Shown here: one piece after another, positions 15,171-25,807 of the stretch
How the letters are laid out: each line of letters opens with the position of its first letter
Numbering within the stretch: position 1 is the stretch's first letter
From: Lama glama
Taxonomy: Eukaryota
Assembly (NCBI GenBank): GCA_028534125.1
Contig: CM052817.1
Span: forward strand, 79,238,001 to 79,302,000
DNA: 64,000 nt
Direction of reading: 5' to 3'
Position numbers and translations under genes: made by a program
The notes under the pieces: generated by a model
What the model was told of the DNA's origin: nothing
The model's database searches: none
What the model saw: only the letters and a program-made list of their open reading frames with translations

Positions 15171-16144
15171 CTAAGGAAACAAACCAGCCACCTAGTGAAA
15201 GTCTTCTGATACATCAGAGATTAAAAGGACCAGCAGATTCTAATCATAGTAAGCCTTATTTTTATTGTAATTACTTATGATATGAAATAATTATCATCAG
15301 CAATGAACTTATTTTCTAATGAAATATGCCACAGAAGTCAGAATATAGGAAACAATCAAAAACAGTAAAATTCATACTATGAAGTTGTCAAGCCAAAAAT
15401 AATTATGTGACATTACTGGCAAGATACTTCACACACACAAAAATATTTTTAGAAGCCTTCTTTTACAACTTCAGATAGTTGTTAAAGAGTTTTTGTAAAG
15501 TAATTAAAAATCTTTGGAAATAGATTTGTTATTATTAAAAATGCAACACAGAAGATTTTTGCTAAAATACCAAACATGCAGATGACAATGACATTCAGTC
15601 TAACTGATGATGAAGATTATTTTACAAATATGGTTTGTTCAGCAGGGAACTATCACTAGTGGTGCATAGTTAGGGGAGGAGGCTGGGACCAAAGGGAGAG
15701 AAACTGCAGAAAACAACAGATCATGAAAGAATTTACATATAATATAGATCTATCTTTTTATTCTGTATTCTACGGAGTAGTATTAAAGTTTAACTAATCT
15801 GTTTAGATTTCTATCTTTGAAACTCTGAGAAAGGTGAAGCTGGAGGCTAGGACCCCATTAGGAAGCTATTTCAATTATCCAAGCAATAGAAGATGAGGAT
15901 TGAACCGCGGATAACGGAGATGGAGGGAGAAAATGGGACAGATTCAAGAGACATTTAGGAGATAAAAGCAGCAAAATGTGGGGACCAGGTAGATATGGAA
16001 GACATTAAGATGGGAAGTACCTAGCAAAACTCTGAAGGAACGTAACCGGGCAAACATTTGTACTATTAGTCAAAACAGAATTACTGAAAAAGGAGGAGCT
16101 GGAGAAGAGGGAGAGAAAGTCTAGGGCTGAAGTACTGAGAGGCA

Positions 16145-16335
16145 GGGTGGTGTAACAGAATGAACACCAGCTCTGGAGTCAGAGACTTTGCTTCAAACAA
16201 GAGCAACAGCGACATTTTTTCACTATTATGTACGTTACCTTCTCTGAGCCCTTCTGAGAATTTTTATGAGGATTAAACATATTTATATATGTTAAGCTCT
16301 TAGAATAAACTAGGTGCTAGAAAATGGTTGTCATT
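16145..16335 (+). mobile_element. MIR SINE (preceded by an L2-like remnant at about 15740-16100)
   Basis: gctctggagtcagagac...cttctctgagcc...tgaggattaaa...cttagaata. Confidence 0.65.
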
Positions 16336-16389
16336 GCTTTTATGATCTATGATGATATAATTTTATTATGGTAATAATACCATAATACA

Positions 16390-17100
16390 GGAGAACGGCC
16401 CTGGGGAGGAACCCGGGATCGCGTCAGGACACTCGGAGCATATTCAGGACCTGGCAGACGCCAGCACCGCGGGGGCCCGTGCCGCTTCCTTCCAGGTCCC
16501 AGTGGACCGTCACCAACGAGCCAGAATTGCCCGTGAGGAAGGCGTCGCGGGGGCGACACCCAGACCCGCTCCTTCCCCGCCGCTTCGGCTCCGGGAGACC
16601 CAACAGACGGCGGTGGAAGGATGGAATCCTCTTAGGGAGAGGGGCTCACCCCGCGCAGCGCCCGCCCCAACCCCTCAGGTTTACCTGTAAATAATCCGCT
16701 CGGTTTAAATTCAGGTCCATGACGGCGGCACGGACGCGCTGGGCAGCGTCACGCCGGGACAGGTGGGACAGAGGCTACCCTACGCCAGGCCTCTGAAGGG
16801 AAACAGCTCGCGTCCCCTCTAAGGGGCAACGCCAGGTACAGCAGCCTCGGCTCGCGGGGATGCAAGGGCGGAGCGTCAGGGCAGCGGCGTCCTGCGTGAC
16901 GTCAGTACGTCCCTTCGAGTGGCCTCCGGACGGAAACGAAGCACCGCCCCCTCCCGACAGACAGCCCATTGACTTAACCCGCGCCAATGAGAGGCGGAGA
17001 CGAACGGAGGGCGTGGCCCAGGAGACTCCAGATGGGTGGTTTCCAGGGAGACGGGAGACGCAGTCTTCGCTCCACCCCTACTGCAGGCCTAAACCGCACC
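16390..17100 (-). promoter_or_regulatory. BBS7: BBS7 CpG-island promoter / 5' UTR
   Basis: Abrupt GC/CpG-rich block in AT-rich DNA around exon 1; perfect CRE TGACGTCA 16897-16904, GC boxes (16866-16873, 16944-16950), CCAAT 16984-16988; no TATA seen. Confidence 0.88.
16685..16720 (-). CDS. BBS7: BBS7 (Bardet-Biedl syndrome 7, BBSome subunit) coding part of exon 1 (36 nt)
   Basis: ATG in strong Kozak context gccgccgtcATGG; encodes MDLNLNRADYLQ; donor CAG|gtaaac; lies inside the CpG island. Confidence 0.96.
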
Positions 17101-17228
17101 TCTAAGTCTTTCTGTGTAAAGTCTGAAGGTGAGTCCCAATCCTGTGTAGATTCTAACGTGATTCACCGGCACTGGAAAGGGTCCCTCACAAGTATTTGGT
17201 TTCACCTCCGTAGAAGTTAGCTTTACAG

Positions 17229-18181
17229 CAGCAATTCTCAAACTTTTGGCCTTAGGATTCCTTTACAATTGAGAACCCAAAGACCTTTTATGAGTTACCA
17301 TATGAGAAATTAAAACTACATTTAAAAAAAAAGTAAAAAAAAAACTTATTACATAAATATTTTAATGAAAAATAACTATTTCCCAAAATAAAGGAAAGTA
17401 AAAAGACTAGCTTTGTTTGCAAATCTATTTACTGTCCATCTGAATACTAAACAGGGAGTCACAGATCTACTTCTGCATACAACCTATTGGTACATGTTGT
17501 TTTTTGGTTTTGTTTTTTAAGTATATGAAGAAAATATGGTCCAAACTTAACAAGTGGTAGTTTTTGGAAAGTTAGTTGCAGTGTTGAATATGGCTCCATT
17601 ATACAACACCTCCAAAAGTCCATTTGTTAATATAATCACAAATTCCATCAGAAAACTTTCGAAGTATTGGAAAGCTGCCACAAATTTCTTCAAAACACCA
17701 ATTTCTGCCTAAAAGCTCAAATTTTAACCGCTGGCAACAAATGTTAGTTGTTTCCCTTGAAATGATAGTCTCCCTTCTTGAATTCACAAGGAAGTGTATG
17801 CCAAGTACCCAAGTCTGAATAATCATAATTTGTCAGTCATGCTTTCAAAAAAAAGTGTTTTGTGAAAAAATCAGCAAGTTCAGCTAGCAACTCAAATAAT
17901 CATGCAAGTGTTTTTCCTTGGAATAACTAATGCACTTCCATACGCAGTAGAAATGTTTTATGCATATTTCCTATGTCACCACACAGAATGTTAAAAAAGA
18001 TATGTACTCAAGTAGAGATTTAAAATGAACAATTTTCACTGCTTCATAAAGGACATTTTTACATGAAGCTTTGTTTCCTGCCAATGTGTGGCATGAAGAA
18101 TAAGATGACAACTACAGTTTGAAGCCACCGTATTGATTCACACTCAAATGGCAACACAGTGAAAAAGGCAAATAACATCTT
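17229..18181 (-). mobile_element. Second Charlie1a-like hAT fossil, inverted relative to the 11732-14369 copy
   Basis: Begins cagcaattctcaaacttttggccttaggattc, 27/32 identical to the reverse complement of 14338-14369; interior also reverse-matches that copy. Confidence 0.8.
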
Positions 18182-19204
18182 TTTTTTTTNNNNNNNNNNN
18201 NNNNNNNNNNNNNNNNNNNNNNNNNNNNNNNNNNNNNNNNNNNNNNNNNNNNNNNNNNNNNNNNNNNNNNNNNNNNNNNNNNNNNNNNNNNNNNNNNNNN
18301 NNNNNNNNNNNNNNNNNNNNNNNNNNNNNNNNNNNNNNNNNNNNNNNNNNNNNNNNNNNNNNNNNNNNNNNNNNNNNNNNNNNNNNNNNNNNNNNNNNNN
18401 NNNNNNNNNNNNNNNNNNNNNNNNNNNNNNNNNNNNNNNNNNNNNNNNNNNNNNNNNNNNNNNNNNNNNNNNNNNNNNNNNNNNNNNNNNNNNNNNNNNN
18501 NNNNNNNNNNNNNNNNNNNNNNNNNNNNNNNNNNNNNNNNNNNNNNNNNNNNNNNNNNNNNNNNNNNNNNNNNNNNNNNNNNNNNNNNNNNNNNNNNNNN
18601 NNNNNNNNNNNNNNNNNNNNNNNNNNNNNNNNNNNNNNNNNNNNNNNNNNNNNNNNNNNNNNNNNNNNNNNNNNNNNNNNNNNNNNNNNGTCCTGTACAC
18701 CCACAGCCCCGGCGCCCAGCCCCTTGCAGTCCCCCGGAGCTGCCTCCGTGCAGCCGCCCCCGTCCTCCGCCCGGCTTGTGCAGCCTGGCCCTGCCCGCCG
18801 CTGCCGGCCCGCGTCTCAGGCTGGGTGTCGGGGGGACGCTCTGTGCCCGTTTAACTTAGTTCTGTCAGACAAGGGCTGCTCTGTACAGGTCCGAGCCTTG
18901 GAGGCTCCCCCTCCGTCCCGCTGGCCTCTCAGTTGGAGAGGGGAGACCCAGCGAACGAGCGCCAGTCCTCCTTTGCCGCTCCCTCCCCCCGGGACCCGTC
19001 CTGCGCTGCTTTGCCTTTTGTTCTTTCTTTTTTCCTTTTCTCCTACCAGATTTTTGGCGTCTTTATCTTTTGAAGAGGGCGATGTTCTGTCGGAGTTCCG
19101 CAGGTTCTCTGTTTGGCTGAGTGGGTCTGTAGATGTGGGTCTTGGTGTATTTGTGGGAGAGGGTGACTTACAAGCGTCCTTCTACTCCGCCATCTTGCCG
19201 ATTC
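18182..19204 (-). mobile_element. Young LINE-1: CpG-rich 5' UTR (18690-19204), poly(A) end at 18182-18189, body inside the gap
   Basis: Minus strand starts gaatcggcAAGATGGCGGagtag (YY1 site 19187-19196); TSD caaataacatctt at 18169-18181 and 19205-19217. Confidence 0.85.
18190..18689. other. Assembly gap (exactly 500 N)
   Basis: Run of N; the round length suggests a placeholder of unknown true size. Confidence 0.99.
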
Positions 19205-19407
19205 CAAATAACATCTTCTGAGGCTAAAATAACTCCATATTGAAATAGACAACAATGCCTGAAGATGGATTAGCAGTATAGCAATTTGGAGAAAACATCA
19301 ATTTAGACTCAACAAAAATACAAATAAATTTTAAAAATAAAGCCATAGGGGAGATAGGATAAAACAGAATTGTTATAGCATTTTATGGAATTTAGGGGGT
19401 TGGAAGG

Positions 19408-19808
19408 TGTATTAGTTAGATAGGGCCACCACAATAAAGTACCACAAACTGAGTAGCTTAAACAACAGAAATTAATTTTCTTATAGGATCTCACAGGCTA
19501 GGAGAACAAAATCAAGTTGTCAGTAATGAATCAAACCAATCCTCTGAGGCATCTCTCCTTGGCTTATAGATGGCCATCTTCATACTTCTTCATATGTTCT
19601 TCCCCCTGTGTTAGTCTGTGTCCTAATCTCCTCGTCTAATGACATCAGTCATGTTGGATAAAGGCCCACCCTAGTGATCTAATTTTAACCCTAGTAACCT
19701 AATTATCTCTTTAAACGTCCTATCTCCAAATACAGTCACATTATGAGGTACTGGTGGTTAGGACTTCAATATATGGATTTAGGAGGGAACACAATTCAGC
19801 CATTAACA
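19408..19808 (-). mobile_element. MLT1A/B/C-like MaLR solo LTR
   Basis: tgtattagtt...taccacaaactgagtagcttaaacaacagaaatt...ggttaggacttcaa...acacaattcagccattaaca; TG...CA ends. Confidence 0.85.
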
Positions 19809-20226
19809 GAAAAGAATTTGTCTGATCTTAAAAAAGAATAGAAGAAACCATAAAGAAAAAAAATAGGAAAAATAAAGATTAAACACTTCAATATGTCACA
19901 AAAATTTTAAATATAAAAAAATTTGAGATACATATGTGCAGTTAGTACCTCTATGAACAGTTCATACAAATATTTTAAAAAGAAATACTATGATTCCAAT
20001 GAGAAAAGCATGAACAGACAATTCACAAAGAAGGTGACTGCTGAAAAAATACACAGAAATTTGTTACCTTCACTTGTAAACAATAATATTAGAGCAAGAT
20101 ATCTCTTTATTTTGCCTTTCAAATTAGAAAAAATTTAAATGATACCACTATATGCTGTAGAGAGAGCAAGTGCTCATCAACTATGATGCTTTAAACTAGT
20201 AATAAAACCCTTTTCAAAAGCAACCT

Positions 20227-20368
20227 GGGGTGGGCGGTATAGCTCAGTGGTAGAAAGTGTCCTTAGCATCCACAAGTTCCTGGGTTCAATCCCCAGTACC
20301 TTTGTTATAAACAAACAAACAAACCAACCTAATCACCTCCCACCCCAAACCAAACCAAACAAAAAAAA
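20227..20368 (+). mobile_element. Vic-1-type tRNA-Ala SINE
   Basis: A box tagctcagtggtaga, B box ggttcaatccc, (caaa)n tail; TSD aaaagcaac(c/t)t on both sides. Confidence 0.9.
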
Positions 20369-23150
20369 GCAACTTAGTAATATGTTTCCAAATCTACAAA
20401 TCTATGTGGCTGTATTTTACATATGTGTGTATATATATATATATATATATTATATAAATATATATCCATAACCCCAATTCTGGATATTTAATCCATGAAA
20501 AAGACACAAAATAAGTTAGAAGCCATAATTGAGGCATTATTTAAAATAAGGCCCTAACTGTCCAATAACTGGGGACTAGTGCGTCCATTTTGTGGGCTTT
20601 TATGCAGCCGTTGAAAGTGAGAATAATGAAGGCTGTTTAGCAATGTGGAAAGCACTAAAGACAATAATTTTAAAAGAACATTAAATTGTGTATATTCTAT
20701 GATTTCACTTATAGGAAAAGTCTGTTAAGAAAAAAGCTTTAGTTGGTTGTAAACTGAAGAATTATGAGCTTCCCCTACCTGTTTTTTGTGTTTTCCATAA
20801 GATATTTGCATTATTTTAAAATAAAATTTTGCACTTTAAAAGTAAAATTTTTGTAAAATAAAATTAAAAAATAACTAAGAGATTATAAGAATCCTCTGTT
20901 TAACACCGCATAATTTCCAGAGTGGCACTGCACTGTCCCAGTGATTGCAAGGTTCTAATAAAGGGTTATCGAAGACGGTGGGTACCAAATCCTCCCACTG
21001 CCTATTTTCTTGTTTCCTTTTAGGTCCTTGTAATGCATGTTAACAATTTAAGGAATATGGTACCAATATCAATACTGCTATTTGCATTATAGTAAACAAA
21101 CCATCAAAATGTTGAAAACCACACAACATTGTAAAATGACTATTACTCAATAAAAGTTAAAAAAAAATGTTGAAAACCTAGTGAAGAGGGCAGAAGTTAC
21201 CCTTTTAAAAATGACGGCTGAGAAGTGTAAATAGTATTCCAGGACTGGGTAAAATCTTAGAAACCATTAATCCAATGTTTTCGTTTTGGATTCATAAACT
21301 ATTTTCATAGTAGTATATAAGCCTTCAAAACCCTTAGGAATTTTAATAATTATTTCATTTTTTTGATTGTACAGTTTTGCAATTAATTTTGTGTAGAAAG
21401 GTAATTTTTCAATAGAAATGCAACTTTAAAGACTTTAGGTATTTTATTTTAGATTACTATATTATTTAAGGTAGCATTATAAAATTGATCATTATACAAT
21501 ATTTACACTATTTGTAATAAAAACATATACTGGTGATGCTTATTTTCCATTTAACAAGTGATGCCCACTGTTTATTTCACTGTAAGTTAACTGTGTAAAA
21601 GATAAGAGGTTTTTTTGAAGATCAAACATTTCAAAACATAGAAAAGAGGCTACAACACAGCATCAAAAATAAATAAAAAGAGCTTACATAATATGTTATT
21701 CGGAATTCTTTCATTCTGCATCTAGAAAAGGCAGGGAATGTATTATTTTTTAAGTATTGTGTTTTGTTTCAAAATGATGAGCAAAGCTTTCATGCTTACT
21801 AATTTTAAGCACTTCTCAAATAATCAGCAGGATAGGGAACTTTTATTCACAATAAATGAAATGCCAAGTTAGACAAAACTGCCACTATAATTTCTCTTTT
21901 TAAACATGTCTTCAGGTACTAGAGACATCTTGGTGGGCTACATTAAAAACAAAAACAGACACTTGCATCTCAGATGCGATAAATACATCTTGAAACAAAT
22001 TTACTGAATTATTGTGTAATACAATAAAATAACCTTATGTTGTGGTTTTAAAGCAATCATTGTAAGCATAAATTAAACAACTCATCACTAAGAATAAAAG
22101 CAATTAAATTGCATTAAAGTCAAAACCATCAACACAGCTAGAGGTGGTTAGCTGAGTGACTGAATCATGAGTGTACATATTGGTCTCCAACATATGGTAC
22201 CAATTTGGAAACTCTCTTGTTCTAAAAGAAAAAAATTAATAAATACCCCTTTTAAATTGACTTTATAAAAAAGAAATATGTGTAAACAGAGATCATTACC
22301 ACCTTGGATGATGATATTAACTAAACACCCCTACAATGCCCAGAGACCAGGAACCCTATGGTGTAGCACAACCCTGTCTGACTGGACAACATATGAGACC
22401 AGAGAAGTTTGTCTCAGGCCACACAATTAACAATTAATGTGGCTTTAGGTCTCTTTAGACATTGGCTATAAGACACTTTACCTTCCCACTTACAAAATCT
22501 GCTCTCACTTCACTTACACATTTGTATCAAAATATATTAGACATGATGGGGAAAGAGAATTACCCTAAATTATACTAATTTTGCTTTTAATAATCACAGT
22601 ATATTTATATCATTTCTAAGTTTTTATAGTGCACAGAAATTTTTGAAGACACTGCATACTATTTTGCATAATTCTCTTTTTATTTCAAATCTATGAATTC
22701 AAGCTTCTCAACATATTGTAAATTCCATCAAGTCAAGGATCCTCAGGAGGCATTTACAAAGTGCCAAACTTTTTACACAATAAGCCTAAGAAGGCATTTC
22801 AGTGGTACCTCCTTTCCTTGATTGTCTCTGTAACTGAGAAAAAAACTAAGAACAGCACAGAGGTCAAAAAGTGAGAGAGACTGGATTTGGATGGTCCTGT
22901 ACTTAATTATAAGCCCCTAAATGTCTTTTGCTAGACAAGTTCCTTTTAGTCCCGTTAAAGTGCTCCCCTCTCCAAGTCACCACATCAACTTCTTCGAGCT
23001 TTACTCTTAAGCACAATGTGCCTGTTACAATAGATAGTGGGGCAAGGACTTGCTGGCCCAGGGCTATCCTTAACCTCAAAGAAGTATTAATTCTGACAGC
23101 AATCCTCTTAACTAATCTTCACCTCTCCCCTAAGTTACCACAGTAATACC

Positions 23151-23582
23151 TGTGTCTTGGGGTGGGTTCTCTAAAAGCAAAGTTTAACAGGATTTGGATG
23201 TGGTGATTTATTGAGGGAACACTCTCAGGAGAAAGGGGAGAGGGAAGCAGGATAAAACAGGGAAGGAGCTAAACAAAGATTAGGTCTCAGCTGGAGTCTA
23301 GCTTCAGCCTAATCCTTTCCAGAGTTCTGAGGCATGAACTGCACCAAAAAAGTTGGCCCTACCTTGACACAAGGGGCCAGACTTTTGTGCCTCCACCCCA
23401 GCTGGCTGTGAGGGAAAGTCCTAACAACCACTGCAAGGTGGCTTCCTTTCCACTGAGGGCAATCCCCTGGGGGACAGGACGGCTGGGAGTTGTTAAGGAT
23501 CACAGGATCTGAGAGATGCATGGACCGGCCCATTAAAGGGAACCTAGGCAGGGCATCCATAGGATCCATAGCACCCACCACA
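23151..23582 (-). mobile_element. Old ERVL-type solo LTR (LTR33/LTR16-like)
   Basis: gggttctctaaaagca...ggtgatttattgaggga...agggaaggag pattern; TG...CA ends; family from memory. Confidence 0.6.
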
Positions 23583-25202
23583 CCTTGGCATCACATCTTC
23601 CTTCTTGACTACCACCCAGAAACTATAAAGAAAGAAAAAAAACAAAACAGCGAAAACTTACTAGTTTTACACAAGCACAGTAAATAAAGGGAAAACAATC
23701 TACGTTGAGAGCTCTGGAGTTGCAAAAAGCATGGACTAAAGAAAAAGATGTGTGTGCTCACATGGCAGAGATGACATGAGTTTTATCTTTATTCAACACT
23801 CTAAGAATACTAGACTAGCTGAATCTGACACTTTCATATTCAACCTTTTTCCAACCCTAATTAAAAATATGACTTCATATTCTGTTCCATAACTGTAAGC
23901 AAAAATTTCCATACTTGGAATCCTAGACAGCACTATATATAAGACTGAAAGTGTTGTCTATTATGGAAAATCCACATCTTCAGTGGTTTAATATAAAGTA
24001 TATATAACATATAACAATGAAAAATTCAGTATTTTATTCCGTTCTGAGGCATAACATAAATTACATAAAGCTTGAAAAATGTTTAACACAAAATCTATTA
24101 GCATAGTACAAAAGTTAATGAAATATTCTACAATGGTAGCAAAAATGTATAAAGTTCATTTCTTAAGTCCCAAAAAGTAGACATTAAGAAACAATATTTA
24201 AAGAGCTTTATGTAGTTCCATTAATGTTCATTTTTGTTTTCGTGTCTAGAAACCCTTCCTGCATGATAGTAATGATTTTTTTAGTATCATGTATTTAATT
24301 GGCCTTCAGAACCTATAAAACTCTTTGAGCTATGATCACAATTTGTATTCTGGTGAGACTTGATAGGAACAGATTTAAGATAATCAGGACATTAAGCATA
24401 ACTCTATGACAGATTTAAACTTAGCTGGTTAAAAAAATTCTTTGAGTATTTTCTGGTCTGTGCAGAGATGAGAGAACTTACCGGCCTGTATCCCCTTTCC
24501 TAGTACAGTCATGAGACGTTGTGGATATTTCCAGTGTTCAGCTCAGTTATACAGTAAGTCAGATACAGATACATCAGAGTCTATTTTGTGTAGCAAGTGT
24601 AACTGAAATGCCTTGATAAAAAAAAAGGATGTCAATCATTGTAAGCAATGATGGCAAGAGATGCCTCAAAGGGAAATGAAACACACTTGTTGATGATTGG
24701 ACATGCGCCTTTCCAGGTACACACCCTCTTTCCCATTTTTTCCCATAGCATACCCTCCAAAACTCAGAGTAGAGCTAACAGGCAAGATACGAAGACAGTT
24801 TTTGATAATTTATTTAGCATTAAAGCATCAGAGGCAGAAATTAGGAGATTATACCAAACTAACAACCCGGCATAACCCCCGACTTTAAAAATTCACCACC
24901 CTTCTGACTAAATTCATATTACTAAAAAACAACAGATGAAAATCTAAAACAGAAAGTAAACAGTATATAGTTTAGAAAAATCTTTAATGTGTTGTTTTGA
25001 ACAATTCTATGAAACTTAAGTTGGTTAATGTAATTAGATTTTCTATTAACCCATTTCACTGTGAAATTCTTCATTCAGTCATGCCAAAAATTCTAAGAAA
25101 ATCTGACCAAGTCACAGCTGCTTGTAAAATCTCTTCAGTTTCTATTGAAAAAAATCTCTTCAGCACTTGGACAAGGGAAGGTATGCTCAATAGTGATGGC
25201 CT

Positions 25203-25215
25203 TTTAATTTTTATT
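25203..25215 (-). terminator. Candidate proximal TRPC3 polyadenylation signals (AATAAA then ATTAAA)
   Basis: Plus-strand tttatt 25210-25215 and tttaat 25203-25208, about 450 nt downstream of the stop; usage is inferred. Confidence 0.5.
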
Positions 25216-25245
25216 TGTATTTTGTTGGCAGTTCAGTTGAGTTGG

Positions 25246-25365
25246 TTTCAACAACATTTACTGAGCACCTACTATGTACCAGGCACTGTACTAGATGCTG
25301 GAGACACAAAGATGAACAAGACATGGTCCCTGTCCCCAAGGAGCTTACAGTCTCTTGGAGGCAAA
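25246..25365 (-). mobile_element. LINE-2 3' tail inside the TRPC3 3' UTR, sense to the gene
   Basis: aacatttactgagcacctactatgtaccaggcactgtactagatgctggagacac is the reverse complement of the L2 terminus. Confidence 0.8.
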
Positions 25366-25664
25366 CAGGTAGTGCAAAGACATAGAGTTTATTCTGAAAT
25401 GGACAAAAATGTCAGTAATGTGGTAATATTGGGCCTTTAAATACAATGGCATGTCGTTGTTTGTCATGTCAAGGCAGACAATTAAAATGAAGACCATTTG
25501 CATGTGATAAACAGTAAAATCATTAAGACCTAACTTTTAAAGATTCACATGATAAAGGTAGCTAATACCAAAATTTACACCATAGTTTTTCAAGTATTTC
25601 ATACTTAGAAATATTATTGCCCACATTTGTGCTATAGTCAAAGCCATAATTCCAGGTTACTGAA

Positions 25665-25807
25665 TCATTCACATCTCAGCATGCTGGGATTTAGTTTCTC
25701 ACTGAGTTTATGAATTAGAATGGCTAATTCCTCAGTTGCTTGGCTTTTGTCCTCCAAAAGTTCATAACGAAGGCTGGAGATATCTTGCTTGATTTCTTTC
25801 AATTCAC
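25665..25807 (-). CDS. TRPC3: TRPC3 terminal coding exon (exon 12 in long-isoform numbering), includes TGA stop
   Basis: Encodes (G)[46 protein letters not shown]; acceptor ctctag. Confidence 0.97.

Noticed and set aside
16347..17220. Several 60-80 aa ORFs on both strands in the CpG island; possible bidirectional partner gene
   Set aside because: Expected in GC-rich stop-poor DNA; no recognisable protein or spliced structure, and a transposon fossil starts at 17229.
18059..18854. Long ORFs of 186-231 aa in the ORF track
   Set aside because: They are artefacts of translating through the 500-N gap.
24997..25440. 147-aa plus-strand ORF antisense to the TRPC3 3' UTR
   Set aside because: Non-ATG start, the second half is translated L2 tail (QQHLLSTYYVPGTVL), and no domain is recognisable.
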